A program made the position numbers and the translations under genes. Under the pieces are notes generated by a model. The model was not told where the DNA came from. It saw nothing but the letters and a program-made list of their open reading frames with translations, and did no database searches. A DNA stretch of 64,000 bases from Octopus vulgaris (lineage: Eukaryota): positions 44,826,001 through 44,890,000 of the forward strand of contig OX597814.1 in assembly GCA_951406725.2 (NCBI GenBank), in the 5' to 3' direction. This document shows, piece after piece, positions 1 through 11,982 of this stretch. The stretch's first letter is position 1. Each line of letters opens with the position of its first letter.

Positions 1-715
1 GAACCTTCTCGGTTACTTCTTTCGAGGCTTCTTCAATATTTCCCACGCGAATTTGATTTTCAAAGAATTCGTCATATTCCTTGAATAGTTTTTGGTCTGA
101 TGTCAGTCGTTGATAAAGCTGTTTCAAAAGATTGATAGTCAATCCACGATTAGTAGGTAATTTCGGGTAGCGCGGTTTCCAGAGGTATTGAACTTAAAAT
201 CTACCTGTGATTTCATTGAAACGAATAGTAGTCATCAGATATTTGCGGCTTGTCCACGATCCACAAAATTTCTAGCTTCCATAGACTTCTGCAACTCAGT
301 GTTAAAATTTTCCTCACTACTTGGGCATTTCCTTTCTGTAATTCTGTTTCCAAAAAGGTGTTGCAAGGACTTTTTTTTTTGGCAATTATTTTCCTGAGCG
401 GTTGGGGATTTTCATTGGTCGATCAGATGCTTCTCAGCTGCCTTTGCAATTCGCGTTTAATAGTTGCATTTTACCCGTAGCGCTCTTTCAAAAGTTCACT
501 TGCGAGCTCAAAGATTTTAGCCATTATATTCAAACCACCGATCGTTTCTTTTGTTTCACCTTTGATCAAACCGTACAAATAACTGAACTTCTGAACTTTA
601 GGTAGCTCGTATTCGGAAGCGTCATGAACTGCTGATTTCAAAAGTAACTAAATAGTTGGCCATTCGAGTTGGTCGCCATTGAAAGTTCGTAATCGTATCT
701 CCGGTAAGCTTATTC
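1..715 (-). mobile_element. BEL/Pao LTR retrotransposon gag-pol remnant, degenerate and internally deleted; runs off the window start
   Basis: Manual minus-strand translation gives KLPEIRLRTFNGDQLEW..SAVHD..QKFSYLYGLIKGETKETIGGL..ELLKERYG (DUF1759-type gag), then LWKLEILWIVD and TIRFNEITGRF*VQYLWKPRYPKLPTNRGLT..LYQRLTSDQKLFKEYDEFFENQIRVGNIEE, the BEL/Pao segment preceding RT. Stops and frameshifts are present. Confidence 0.85.
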
Positions 716-744
716 AGGTCGCAGACTGACATAATAAAATAATA

Positions 745-989
745 AATGCGCCCTTTTAAAGCCTAGCCTGGGTCATGGGCCCGGCTTCTCGGTTTATATG
801 GCGTATGTGTTCCCCAGTTGGACGGGACGCCAGTCCATCACAGCGTTGCTCATTTTTGCCGACTGAGTGGACTGGAGCAACGTGAAATAAAGTGTTTTGC
901 TCAAGAACACGTCGCCAGGTCCAGAAATCGAAACCACAATCTTACGATCATGGTGCTGACACCCTAACCACTAAGCCTCGCGCCTCCAC
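745..989 (-). mobile_element. tRNA-derived SINE (family C here)
   Basis: Minus strand begins gtggaggcgcgaggcttagtggttagggtg (A box) ... gtggtttcgatttc (B box), followed by the body gtgttcttgagcaaaacactttatttcacgttgctccagtccactcag shared with 38102-38402. Confidence 0.8.
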
Positions 990-1717
990 ACAGACTGATA
1001 TAATGCTTCAGAAAAATAATGTATCTCCGTATATACCAGTTGTACTGATTCTTTCCGAAGTCTTCTTGAGTAGCTAATGAATATGCATCGTTTATATGCT
1101 GATTAAGAAATATAATCATATTCTCAACATTGTAATTTCGTCGATGGTTACCATGAAAGAAACTTGTAATCATCTTGAGACACATCTTTAGTTGGGTATG
1201 ACAATGCCATTCTGATCATAATCAATTGTTGGACTCATCTAGATTGATTGTGCTATGTCACGCTAAGTCTTTCTATCTGAAACAAGCATAAAAGGCAATA
1301 TTGTATCTAGATACAATTCTTAGTTGTTAAGTATTCCGTTCAGGATATATACATCCTGTGGTAGTTGAAGCCCGGAAGAAAGATTTAAGTAATACAATTG
1401 AGCGCAATATTCAAAATTCCTCACAATCGTATTCTGAATTTGAAAGGTGATGAACGATTCCTTAAGATGTGTTTAGCAGAAAACGAGAATTGAATTTAGA
1501 GAATCTACATAGATTTCTCCTTTACGACTTGCTGGTAGGGATGTATTTAGGAAGGGTACAAAACAGAAACGAAAGTTTATCTTTGTTTTAATAGTACGTC
1601 GCAAGCATGCTATATTTGATGCTTAGTTGGCCAATACCACATCAGTTATGTTTAACTATTTCATGCGTTCTCAACCTATTTTGTGTCCATGTAGTGTTAA
1701 CAGTAGAGTATATATGC

Positions 1718-1718
1718 C

Positions 1719-1779
<61 letters not shown>

Positions 1780-1835
1780 TGATGGAAAACACTCGGCGAG
1801 AAACGGAAGAAAATTTGAAGAAAGAAGGAAAAAAC

Positions 1836-1882
<47 letters not shown>

Positions 1883-1897
1883 CATAATAATAATAAT
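1718..1897. repeat. Two (AAT)n microsatellites
   Basis: Pure aat runs at about 1718-1777 and 1836-1897; the second is the tail of the adjacent SINE. Confidence 0.95.
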
Positions 1898-2098
1898 CCG
1901 TTCTACTATAGGCACAAGGCCTGAAATCTAGGGGAACGGGGTTAATCGATTACATCGACACCAGTGCTCATTTTATCGACCCTGAAATGGTGAAAGGCAA
2001 AGTCGACTTCGGCGGAATTTGATCTCAGAACGTAGCGACGCGCGAAATACCATTAAGCTTTTGCCCAGCTTGCTAACGATTCTACCACCTCGTCGCCT
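1898..2098 (-). mobile_element. tRNA-derived SINE (family B), older copy with (ATT)n tail
   Basis: Homologous to 2713-2945 and 13069-13300 (aaaggcaaagtcgacttcggcggaatttga..ctcagaacgta); head aggcgacgaggtggtagaatcgttagc on the minus strand. Confidence 0.85.
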
Positions 2099-2534
2099 CA
2101 CGAAGGAGGATGAGAAGGAGAAGAAGAGGTAGCGGATGGTCATTGTGATCCCTTTTATTATTGCCTACATTGTAACATTTTTACACATTCAAATTAATTA
2201 TTAAATATTCCTATCATCGTAGACATGAAACAGCAACGAATATACTTAATAATAATTTATAATCATAAGGTGGGACTACCAGGATTTTACATGGTTGTTG
2301 CGTAGACCTAATACAAAAAGGCAACAGAAAGTGATGTTATTAGGTGGCAAAAATACGAAAACATTCTTGCAATCCTAAATGAGGTAAAAGGAAATATTTC
2401 GATGACATATCAATGTTTAATTTCTGAATATTTTCATATTTGTTTGGATTATAAACTAACAGCGCCTTTTATGCATTATAAGCGAATGAAATATATTTTA
2501 GCTGATTAAATCAGAGTAACGCACCAAAATATTA

Positions 2535-2945
2535 TATTTCTTTATTACCCACAAAGGGCTAAACATGGACAAACAAGGACAGACAAACGGATTAAGTCGA
2601 TTATATCGACCTCAGTGCATAACTGGTACTTATTTAATCGACCCCGAAAGGACGAAAGGCAAAGTCGACTTCGGCGGAATTTGAACTCAGAACATAGCGG
2701 CAGACGAAATACCTATTTCTTTACTACCCACAAGGGGCTAAACACAGAGGGGACAAACAAGGACAGACAAACGGATTAAATCGACTACATCGACCCCAAT
2801 GCGTAACTGATACTTAATTTATCGACCCCGAAAGAATGAAAGGCAAAGTCGACCTCGACGGAATTTGAACTCACAACGTAACGGCAGAGGAAATATCGCT
2901 AAGCATTTCGCCCGGCGTGCTAACATTTCTGCCAGCTCGCCGCCT
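2535..2945 (-). mobile_element. Family B SINE, tandem dimer (one full unit plus one 5'-truncated unit)
   Basis: The unit tatttcttta.tacccacaa.gggctaaac...gcaaagtcgac.tcg.cggaatttgaactca occurs at about 2535-2712 and again at 2713-2945; only the right unit carries the complete head (gccagctcgccgcct). Confidence 0.88.
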
Positions 2946-3110
2946 TTAGATACACGCGCACACACTCACACGTCATTAGACATATACGCCTACATATGTG
3001 CACATGCTTCGGAATCCACCCTTACACGGACACTACATGAGTAAAGAACTAAAGCACTAAAGAACTATATATCCGTGTGCGTGTGGGCGTGTTTTTAAAT
3101 GTGTGTGTAC

Positions 3111-3150
<40 letters not shown>

Positions 3151-4084
3151 ATAAATATATAAATACGGATATACATCTGCATCTGTGCGCGCGTGTGCGT
3201 ACGTGTGTGTGTGCGCGCGCGCATGTGTATGTGAGTTGTAGAATGAAGTCCCGCAGTTTCGACATATTGACGATAAACTATTAATTTGCTTCAGCGTGAT
3301 AGTAATGGCAAGTCATTTATAAATCATAGGGCTTGTTTGACCTTGCATGGGCTGTTTATGCTATAACGGGAAAAGACAGGTATACAAAAATATATGAGAC
3401 ATGCGAAAAAGTGCCAAATTATATATACGGCAAGTAGAATGATGCATCAACTTGATGAACAGGATACAGAAAATAGTTAAACGTGTCAAGAAGTGTGGAT
3501 GCTAAACAGTCAGCTAAGATCTTTTTTTCTGCTAAACTAACCGCCATTGCATAGAAAATTAACGTTGATGTGAATATAGGCAACGAGTAATTAATTGTTA
3601 ATTTTGAACTTAATCTCTTCTATAAAAATGCCCTAAAGAGAAGAAGAAAGCGAACTGAAGTGAGGATGGAAAAGAGCAAAAGACGTGTAGATTATGGGAT
3701 TATGAGATTATACGATTATGGGAAATGAGAAAGGCAAAAATAAGAGGAAGCGAAGGGTAAGGGAAAGACGAGGCCAAAGAGACAAAGAAAAGAGAGAAAA
3801 ACAGAGAGAGATGAAGGCGACAAAAAAATCAATGCTGATATATTTCACCGGAAGCACTGTCGGATTTTACCTACCTATTTTCTGCGGTCTTATATTTTTA
3901 AGCTTTGATTCTTAAAGAATCGTTATGACTAAATGATATATACAATTATATATTATATTTATTGTGTGTATGTGTGTCTGTATGAGTGGATATGTATGTA
4001 TGTATATTTGACTGTAGAGTTATCCTCTTTTACTGAATCTTTTAAATTGAGAGAGTAATTTATGGACACTGTATATACACATAT

Positions 4085-4132
<48 letters not shown>

Positions 4133-4134
4133 GG

Positions 4135-4187
<53 letters not shown>

Positions 4188-4188
<1 letters not shown>

Positions 4189-4753
4189 TGGATTGTCCGG
4201 AAAATTCGTGCCGATTTATAGTAGCTTACCTTTCGACTTATTTTAGAACATGGTTGAGTCCGTAAAATAGGATTTGACTACACCTCCATTTAGATCACGG
4301 TTTAAGCTATCTTTTCGTGGAAGAAGGTTTATATTCCTATAACCTGTGTTAATTCTGTAACCCCTTAAAATGGAAGATAAGAAAGTTCATGTTCGGCACT
4401 TGTTGCTTTGGGAACCAGAGAACAATTGCTGCAGCTCGACTGGGAGGTGTTACCCCAACCTCCATATTCACCAGATATTGCTCCTTCGGATTTCCACTTA
4501 TTCAGGTCTCTGAAGAATATTCTTAATGGTAAAAATTTCAATTCTTCGGATGACATAAAATGATACCTTGATGAATTCTTTTCCATGAAACCACCTACAT
4601 TCTGGGAAGAGGGTATTTTCAATTTAACGGAAACATGGAGACGCATTGTGCAAGAAAATGGTTCATATTTGATTGATTAAAAATGTAATGGTATGTATTT
4701 ATTGACCTTTTTCTTTCCTTTAAAAATCGGCACGATCGTTTCGGACAACCCAA
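4188..4753 (+). mobile_element. Internally deleted mariner (DD34D) element inside a (TA)n tract
   Basis: TIRs ttggattgtccggaaaattcgtgccgattt / aaatcggcacgatcgtttcggacaacccaa. Internal transposase C-terminus LDWEVLPQPPYSPDIAPSDFHLFRSLKNILNGKNF...WRRIVQENGSYLID*. Confidence 0.92.
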
Positions 4754-4758
4754 TATAT

Positions 4759-4831
<73 letters not shown>

Positions 4832-4839
4832 CTGACAAC

Positions 4840-4887
<48 letters not shown>

Positions 4888-5912
4888 CTCTAACTGCATT
4901 TATGTAGAAATTCTCTTCTCCGAACAGATACAAAAGCATGCAAATGCCGAAGAAAACCCGCTTGATCATCAAAAATCAACAATAAAAAAATCAAATCAAC
5001 ATCAACAACATCATCGACAACTACTCATCCAAACAAACAACGTTTACGCAAATGTAACCAGTTAAGTTGACATCAATTGTTTAGTAATTGAAGAAATTAC
5101 AAACAGGTAATATGTCATAAACTCTTTAGTTATTTATAAAGTACAACACTAAACTGCTGTAGATAAAAATAAAGCAGATGCCGAAATAAAAACAAAAAGA
5201 AAAAGAAAAAAAACTCCCTTGTTCTACTACGTTCAATGAACATCCGCTAACAACCAACTGAGCGACCAACCAGCAAAACCAGTGAACAACACGAATAATG
5301 AACAGGATAACAATATCGACATATCCTGAATTACATTGCAAGTAAATATCGTTTTTCTAAATTAGCTTGCATACAAATTAATAGGCAAAAATGCTTCAGA
5401 AGTCACTGTAGTTATTCCTTTCACTTTCGTTGTTACTTTTGCCGTTGTTGATAGTAAAGAGGTGATGGTGATGGTAGTGGTGCTGTTTTTTTTATTCTTG
5501 TTTTTGTGATTTAATTTCATTCTTATGATTTCCAACATACAGCATGGAAACACAAAATGGTTCTACTTATTTCACTCGCCGACCTTTGCACTGTAGTTTA
5601 GAAAGGAAAGAAAATGAACTGTTATTTATTACTGAGTCACGTACACACACAAACGCATGCATAACTATTAAATATGTATGAGTATTTCCTATATATTTAT
5701 GCATATATGTTAGATGCAATTGTCGTTCATTTTATTTTTTTAATTTTCGCCAATATTTCATTGTATTTTGTAATTTTGGTTAAGTGCTTTTGGATTTCTT
5801 TTTAATGAACGGGGAATGACCTTTGTAAAGATTTTTGTTTCAAATTCTCTTTCTGTATTCATCACCAAATAAACATAGCTGCACATATGCATATATCTGT
5901 ATCTAGTATGCA

Positions 5913-5991
<79 letters not shown>

Positions 5992-6202
5992 AGTGTGTGT
6001 GTGTGTGTGTCTGTATATAATTATTGCATGTTTTATTGATTGCTGTAACAACACAGGCACTCAATAAAGTCAATACTAATCGTAGACTCAAAATAAAATA
6101 TTATTTATGAAGAATAATGAGTTTCCTTCGATGCTTCGGTAATACACATTTCGGGAAACGTCAAAGTAAAAACTCCGATATACTATATAATAATATACTA
6201 TA

Positions 6203-6945
6203 TAATAATAATAATCCTTTCTTTATTAGACACAGGGGCCGACAAAAATAAGGTTGGACATTACAAAACATGGAGGGCAAACTGGGGTTACATAAAGTTT
6301 CGTGTAAAACGTCAATAACAAGGAAATATATAACAAGGAAAATGCCTAAAGGAGGCAAGCAACTCACGTCTACTAATTGAGACCCTACGAAAACTTCACA
6401 AGCGCCCCGACCACTAGAGCAAGAACCCTCTCGCCATCTTTCTTTCCCTCTCTCAGCCTTGGAAACTCAAAACCGTATGTTCAAGGTATCCCTCGAAAAC
6501 GGACCATCTTCGCCACATTCACCCACCTTTCCACAAATTTGCTGGAAGTCAGCACTTCTCTCTCAACCCTCACTTTCCTTGATGATGAGGAGTAGGCCAA
6601 AGGGGAAATGATCTGTCTTCAGCCTTTTCGGTGTCGACCATCACATAACCTATTTCGCTACAGCCAGGAGACAGATAAAATTTGTCTCTTCTTGCCGGCC
6701 AAAGGAAGGCGGTGTGGCAATCCTCAAGATGGAATCAGTCGACAAGCAGACACGTTCTATACGTGGCAGCAGGTGTTCGACACAAACCCATACAACAAAT
6801 ATGCTGGGGCACTGAACGAGTGCACGCAGAATGGTTTCGTAAATCTGCGTACATTTCGGGCAGGTCCGACTCACGGAACTTCCGTTCCTGTAGAGTTTAT
6901 CTCTGACAGGCAAAGGCCCTGGTATCACTGATAGGCCAGGGATTA
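6203..6945 (-). mobile_element. 5'-truncated LINE of the Tx1/L1 group (zf-RVT C-terminus plus 3' UTR)
   Basis: ORF 6650-6985(-): LPVRDKLYRNGSSVSRTCPKC..ETILRALVQCPSIFVVWVCVEHLL..CLLAVAK (zf-RVT-like CxxC..C). The 3' end has aataaa followed by an (att)n tail at about 6203-6230. Confidence 0.78.
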
Positions 6946-7629
6946 AAAAAGATTGACGTAACTCTTCAAAAAGGTAAACAGACAAGACAATGAGCGCGAT
7001 GCGATTGCAATAGATATTTCATTGGTAGAAACTATATTTTGACAGCAAGCCTGTCTTTGTCGAATTAAAAATTAAAAGTGATAAAAATTCAAAGTTATAG
7101 AAATTCAAATCTAAAGCATGTACGAGAGCAACCAGCGTCCGCACGTTGATGGAATGACATCATCAGACTTTAAGTTTCAATTTTATAACAGGTGAAAAAA
7201 AGACAGAAAAAAGGAGAAGAAAAGGAAAGGGAAAAGAAAAGGATAAAGAATATTTAATCAAACAAATTTGTATAAATTTAATGATATTCTCCTGTCATTT
7301 GATTCATTCCTCCAGAGCGTGATGTTAATAACATGCAAACATATTTCTCCACGTGCATTTTGAGTATTGAAAGTAAAGCAGATTGAGAATATTTTCTGAG
7401 AATACGCACTTTCAAAAGTCATTTTCAAAATTGCAACCGTCTGAAGCAAAATTTTCGGCAAGTTCTAGCTAACTACTGTTATTGTGTCTGACCTCATATC
7501 TGTGTCCATGAAATCTTAATTGTTCTGTTGTACAACCAACATAAATCAAGTTGTGTTTCGTGCGTTCTACTGTCTACAGCAAATGGGAATCTGTACATGT
7601 CCCACCTTCTGTATAAATCATTACATTTC

Positions 7630-7855
7630 TGACTAATGTCGAGCCCTAGGAACAGTGAGTAAAAATCTTGAGAAGTACATGAAATAAATAGGGACTGCAA
7701 TAAGGGTGGAGTACTAACAACACTGCTTGGAACCGCTCGAATACTCTGGATGGTGCTCGAAAGATAAGGGTTATTACCTTAGTTCACTGGTAGAGAACAG
7801 CTGGCAGCGTAGTACATCTCCAGCGCTAGAAGCTATGCAAAGACAATAATAATAT
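7630..7855 (+). mobile_element. Old R4/Dong-like LINE extreme 3' fragment
   Basis: Translates as ALGTVSKNLEKYMK*..TLLGTARILWMVLER*, parallel to GALGMIKK..ALLGTAHILRRTL at 56959-57198; ends in aataataat. Confidence 0.65.
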
Positions 7856-7859
7856 CAGG

Positions 7860-8150
7860 CAGTGGTTGTCACTGCTTCTGATCTTAACTGATTGGAAGTG
7901 TTATCATGTACATTGTTTTGTCTTCGTATAAAATATGGGCTAAAGCAAATGTTCTGCTCAATACCACATATTTGCTTGTCAGTTGTTTGTCTTTAACCAG
8001 TTGAGCATGTCCCTTGGTAGCTGACGACACGTGCCTCTCTAATCACGATTAGAAGTAGTGGGGGAGCATCATAGCCATGTGTTGAGAAGAATCGTTTGGA
8101 GTTTGGATAATTCACCTCATGGAAACATAGGGTTTCATTCAACATCCTTG
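7860..8150 (+). repeat. Unclassified non-coding interspersed repeat (family E)
   Basis: gctgacgacacgtgcctctctaatcacg..gagcatcatagccatgtgttgagaagaatc..gataattcacctc matches the reverse complement of about 14850-15010 and about 57795-57910. Confidence 0.75.
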
Positions 8151-8996
8151 TTGTTTGTTTGTTTGTTTTTTGCTCGTTTTTTTTTTGTCCTGATGGAGAG
8201 TCTCTGTGGTTCAAGGATTTTGGACATGGTGCTATTGGGACGCTAATGTCTCTGAAATCGGCAATTTCGAAACTTAGAACAAACACTGAAGTTCGGTCTA
8301 AGTTTACGAAACACTTTCAGGATTTCATTGTCAACAGCTGTAGTCAAGTTTTCATCCATTTAGGGTTTAAAGAAATAGAGGTGGTCAACACAAGGCGAAT
8401 CGCCTATGGGTCCTCACTCGAGACTGCAACTGAGCCAACGGTAGTCCGGTGCAATTTCACCACATGATACTACATGTCGTATCACACTGGTACTACAAAG
8501 GATGATTATGAAAAAATAGCCTGCTGGTAAGTATCTGGTGAACTGCGGTCTGTCATAAGCAATCCATGAATCTTCGCATTATGGACGTTTCAGATGAAAT
8601 GTGCAATTTATGCAGATGTTTTTCTCTTTTTCTTTGCATGTACATATAATGATTACATTTGTCGCAGCCCATAGTGTTCGCTAATAAACCTATCAATATA
8701 TTCTATAGTACATCACAGCAACGAATAGAAGCAGTACTAATAACAGGAATTTGCAAAGAGATTGGTTTATTCAATTTAATTGGCTTATTCGGTTTCATTT
8801 AGCCAGGGATAATAATGTGTTTACAAGTAGTATATTCATGGATAGCTGAGGATCTTGCGTAGCTGCTAGCAGGATTCAAAGAGAGTTGGAATATGCAGTA
8901 CATACAACTACTCATTCTTGCTTCTATGAACATACTTTGTGTATATACGTAACATAGTATGAGCTAATTTTTATAGATATGTTATATATCTCATTA

Positions 8997-10176
8997 TACG
9001 AGGGAGAGTAAAAAATTATACGCACTCTTGTTTTTTTTTTCCAATGTATTTACACAAAAGTAGGGGATAAACAACTACGTCATTTTTCTATACAGTCTCC
9101 TTTCCTTTTCGATGCACTTGGCACAGTGGTCCACAAGATTGTGTATTCCCTCCAAGAAGAAGGTTTCCGGTTAGCAGTGCATTTATGCACTGCTACCTTC
9201 ACATCTTCATCCAGAGGAAATCGACTACTTCGTAAACCATCTTTGAGCGGTCCAAAGATATGATAGTCGGAAGGAGCGAGATTTGAGCTGTAGACATGCT
9301 GTTCCAGCACTGCAAAACCCAATTGGCTAATGGTTTTAACGGTCTGGGGACCGTGTATGTGCGTGCATTGTCATGCAACAACAAAACTTTCTCCGACAAT
9401 AGGCTTCGACGTTTGGTGCAAATTGCTGGCTTCAGTTTGTTGGCCAGCAAAGCACTTTACCTTGCATTGTTGTTCGTACATCCCTTTTCCAAGTAGTCTG
9501 CCAGTATAGGCCCTTTTAAGTCATCAAAAAGATTTAGCATCACCTTCCTGCGGAAGACTGAATCTTGAATTTCTTCGTTACTGGCGAGCCAGGATGTTTC
9601 CAGTCCATAATCTGTCTTTTGGATTCTGCCTCATAATGATGGACCAACGTTTCATGTCTTGTGATTATTCAACTCAAAAGTTCCTCGCCCACGATTAAGC
9701 GTTGGCAGACTTCAAGACGTTTCCGCTTGTGCTCTGCAGTAAGCTCTCCTGGCATCCATCTTTCATAGATTTTATGGCAACCGAGCCTATCGTGGATGAT
9801 TTGATAGGCAGAACCATAACTGATCTGCAGAGAACAAGCTACCTCAACCATAATAATATGCTGGTTCACCATTACAATCTTCCGAGCTTGCAGAATCCTC
9901 TTGTCAGTGGTGGAGGTTGACGGACACCCTACTCTCTCTTCGTAGGTCATGCTTGATCAACTCATACACACACCTATGACCAGAGAAATCAGATCTCTGC
10001 TCATTGTTCTTCTTTGGTACACATTCCTAGTAGAGCAGCCATGCTTATACTGTAAAACCAGAAAGAAAAATGGCGCGATCAGGCTCAAAATATAGGCACG
10101 CATGCGCTGAGGGCAGTGTGATAATAATAAAGATATGTTATGGCGAAAGAGCGGATAATTGTTTACTTCCACTGTA
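8997..10176 (-). mobile_element. Near full-length degenerate mariner (DD34D)
   Basis: Fragments ERVGCPSTSTT..IHDRLGCHKIYERWMPGELTAEHKRKRLEVCQRL, LLLHDNART, YSSNLAPSDYHIFGPLKDGLR. Imperfect TIRs tacgagggagagtaaaaattatacgc / gcggataattgtttacttccactgta. Confidence 0.9.
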
Positions 10177-10744
10177 CCAATATACACATATACGTTCATT
10201 AGTGAATAAGTGTGTGCGTGCGTGAATGTATGTATGCGCGCTTGTGTGGGTGTGTGCGCGCGCGCTCAAGTGTGTGTGTGTGTGTGTGTTTTTGTCCTGA
10301 AATTTCGTTCTCATAGGAATGCAAAATGCTTGCGTTGTGTGTACATAAATTTTAACGAAACTCCTACATATATACATACCCACATAAATATACATATACA
10401 CACACGCACACACACATGCACAAACACATACACGCGTATTTGTGAATGCCTTGATCAGTGAATACGTTGCGTAAAACATTATTTGAACTTTGAGCAAGTA
10501 TTGGGTTTCCTTACTCTAAGTGGTTTAACCCGAACTCTCATAGTCATGTAATGCACAGACTTTCCTATATGCGCGTGAGTCTATGCGTGTCTGTCTGTGG
10601 GCTTGTGTTTGTAATACGTATGCTACAACAATATATATTTCCTTGAAAATATAAATATACATATATTCTTGTACCTTCTTTCTCTCTTTCTCTCGCGCCC
10701 TTCCCCCCCTCTCTCCCGCGCTCTCTCACCCTCTCTCTGTATGT

Positions 10745-11559
10745 ATATATGCTGTGAATATATTGTCGTCTGAATTACGCAAAAATGAAAATAACACTGA
10801 CATCTCATTGTAACGGAGATATTTCCCAAAATTACATAAAAATATCTTGAAATACTAAAGAGTAAATTTATTCAATAAAATCGCCACTGGATTCAACCAC
10901 GCTCCAGACGACATCGGAATCTCTTGCAGCTCTTCTCGGCGGTTTCCTTGTTTAAGTTGGTGAACGTTGTCATAATCCTTGTCTTCCTGATGTTACAAGA
11001 AGTCTTCTTGTTCTCCTGCTCAACTGCGACTCACACATAACAACCAAGAGGGTCGCAGTGTGGAGAGTTAGGTGGCCAGATTTTAGGGGTGATGTGGTCG
11101 CAGAAACTGTCTGACAGCCATGACTTGGTTCTTCTGCTTATATGGCATGGTGCAGAGTCCTGTTGGCAGACATAGGGTCATCCAGCAGCCACCCTCTTGA
11201 CGCAGGGCAGCAGTACTTCTTCCAGGCACTTGATGTAGGCCTTGGCATTGAGTGTGAGGCCATATGGGAAAATGAATGGAGGCATAACGTCGCCATCACT
11301 ATTGATCACTCCAAACACCATGCTGTTGACTAGATGGTTGATTTTTATCACTCCTCGGTACATGTCCTCAGATTTCACTGTTGATACATGTCCTCAGACT
11401 CCACTGTCATCAGATTGACACCCGAACACTCTGAAATGTTTGTATTGGAGCATGGTTAAATTTTTTTGGATGGGTGAATTGCATCATAGTGCTGTTTTTC
11501 TAACAGACGGTACCCAACAGACCCTACTGTATTGTGTAGTCAACAAAATAAAAACTATC

Positions 11560-11623
<64 letters not shown>

Positions 11624-11733
11624 TATGTACCCAACTGACCCTACCATACTGTGTAGGCGACAAAATTAAAAACAGACAATGCGCATGCGCGAAATGAAAA
11701 ATGTAATGTGACAATTTACCTACCGCATTTTGT
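10745..11733 (-). mobile_element. maT (DD37D) Tc1/mariner-superfamily element, internally deleted
   Basis: MVFGVINSDGDVMPPFIFPYGLTLNAKAYIKCLEEVLLP..QQDSAPCH..WPPNSPHCDPLGCYV. End coordinates are approximate. Confidence 0.82.
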
Positions 11734-11827
11734 ATATACGTATATGTAGATAGATAGATAGATATGCACTTATATATGTATTCATGTGTGTATTATATAT
11801 ATATATATATAGATAGATATATATGTG

Positions 11828-11866
<39 letters not shown>

Positions 11867-11937
11867 ACACACATATATACACATATAAAATGTTTATATA
11901 TATATATACCCACGCGCATATATACACATATAAAAAT

Positions 11938-11982
<45 letters not shown>

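Noticed and set aside
195-240. CTGATGA..GAAA..GTA on the minus strand resembling a hammerhead
   Set aside because: No helix II pairing, and it lies inside BEL pol coding sequence; coincidental.
8190-8440. Possible LINE RT fragment (FRDISVPIAPCPKSL) on the minus strand
   Set aside because: Similarity to YRPISL-type motifs is too weak to call without a search.
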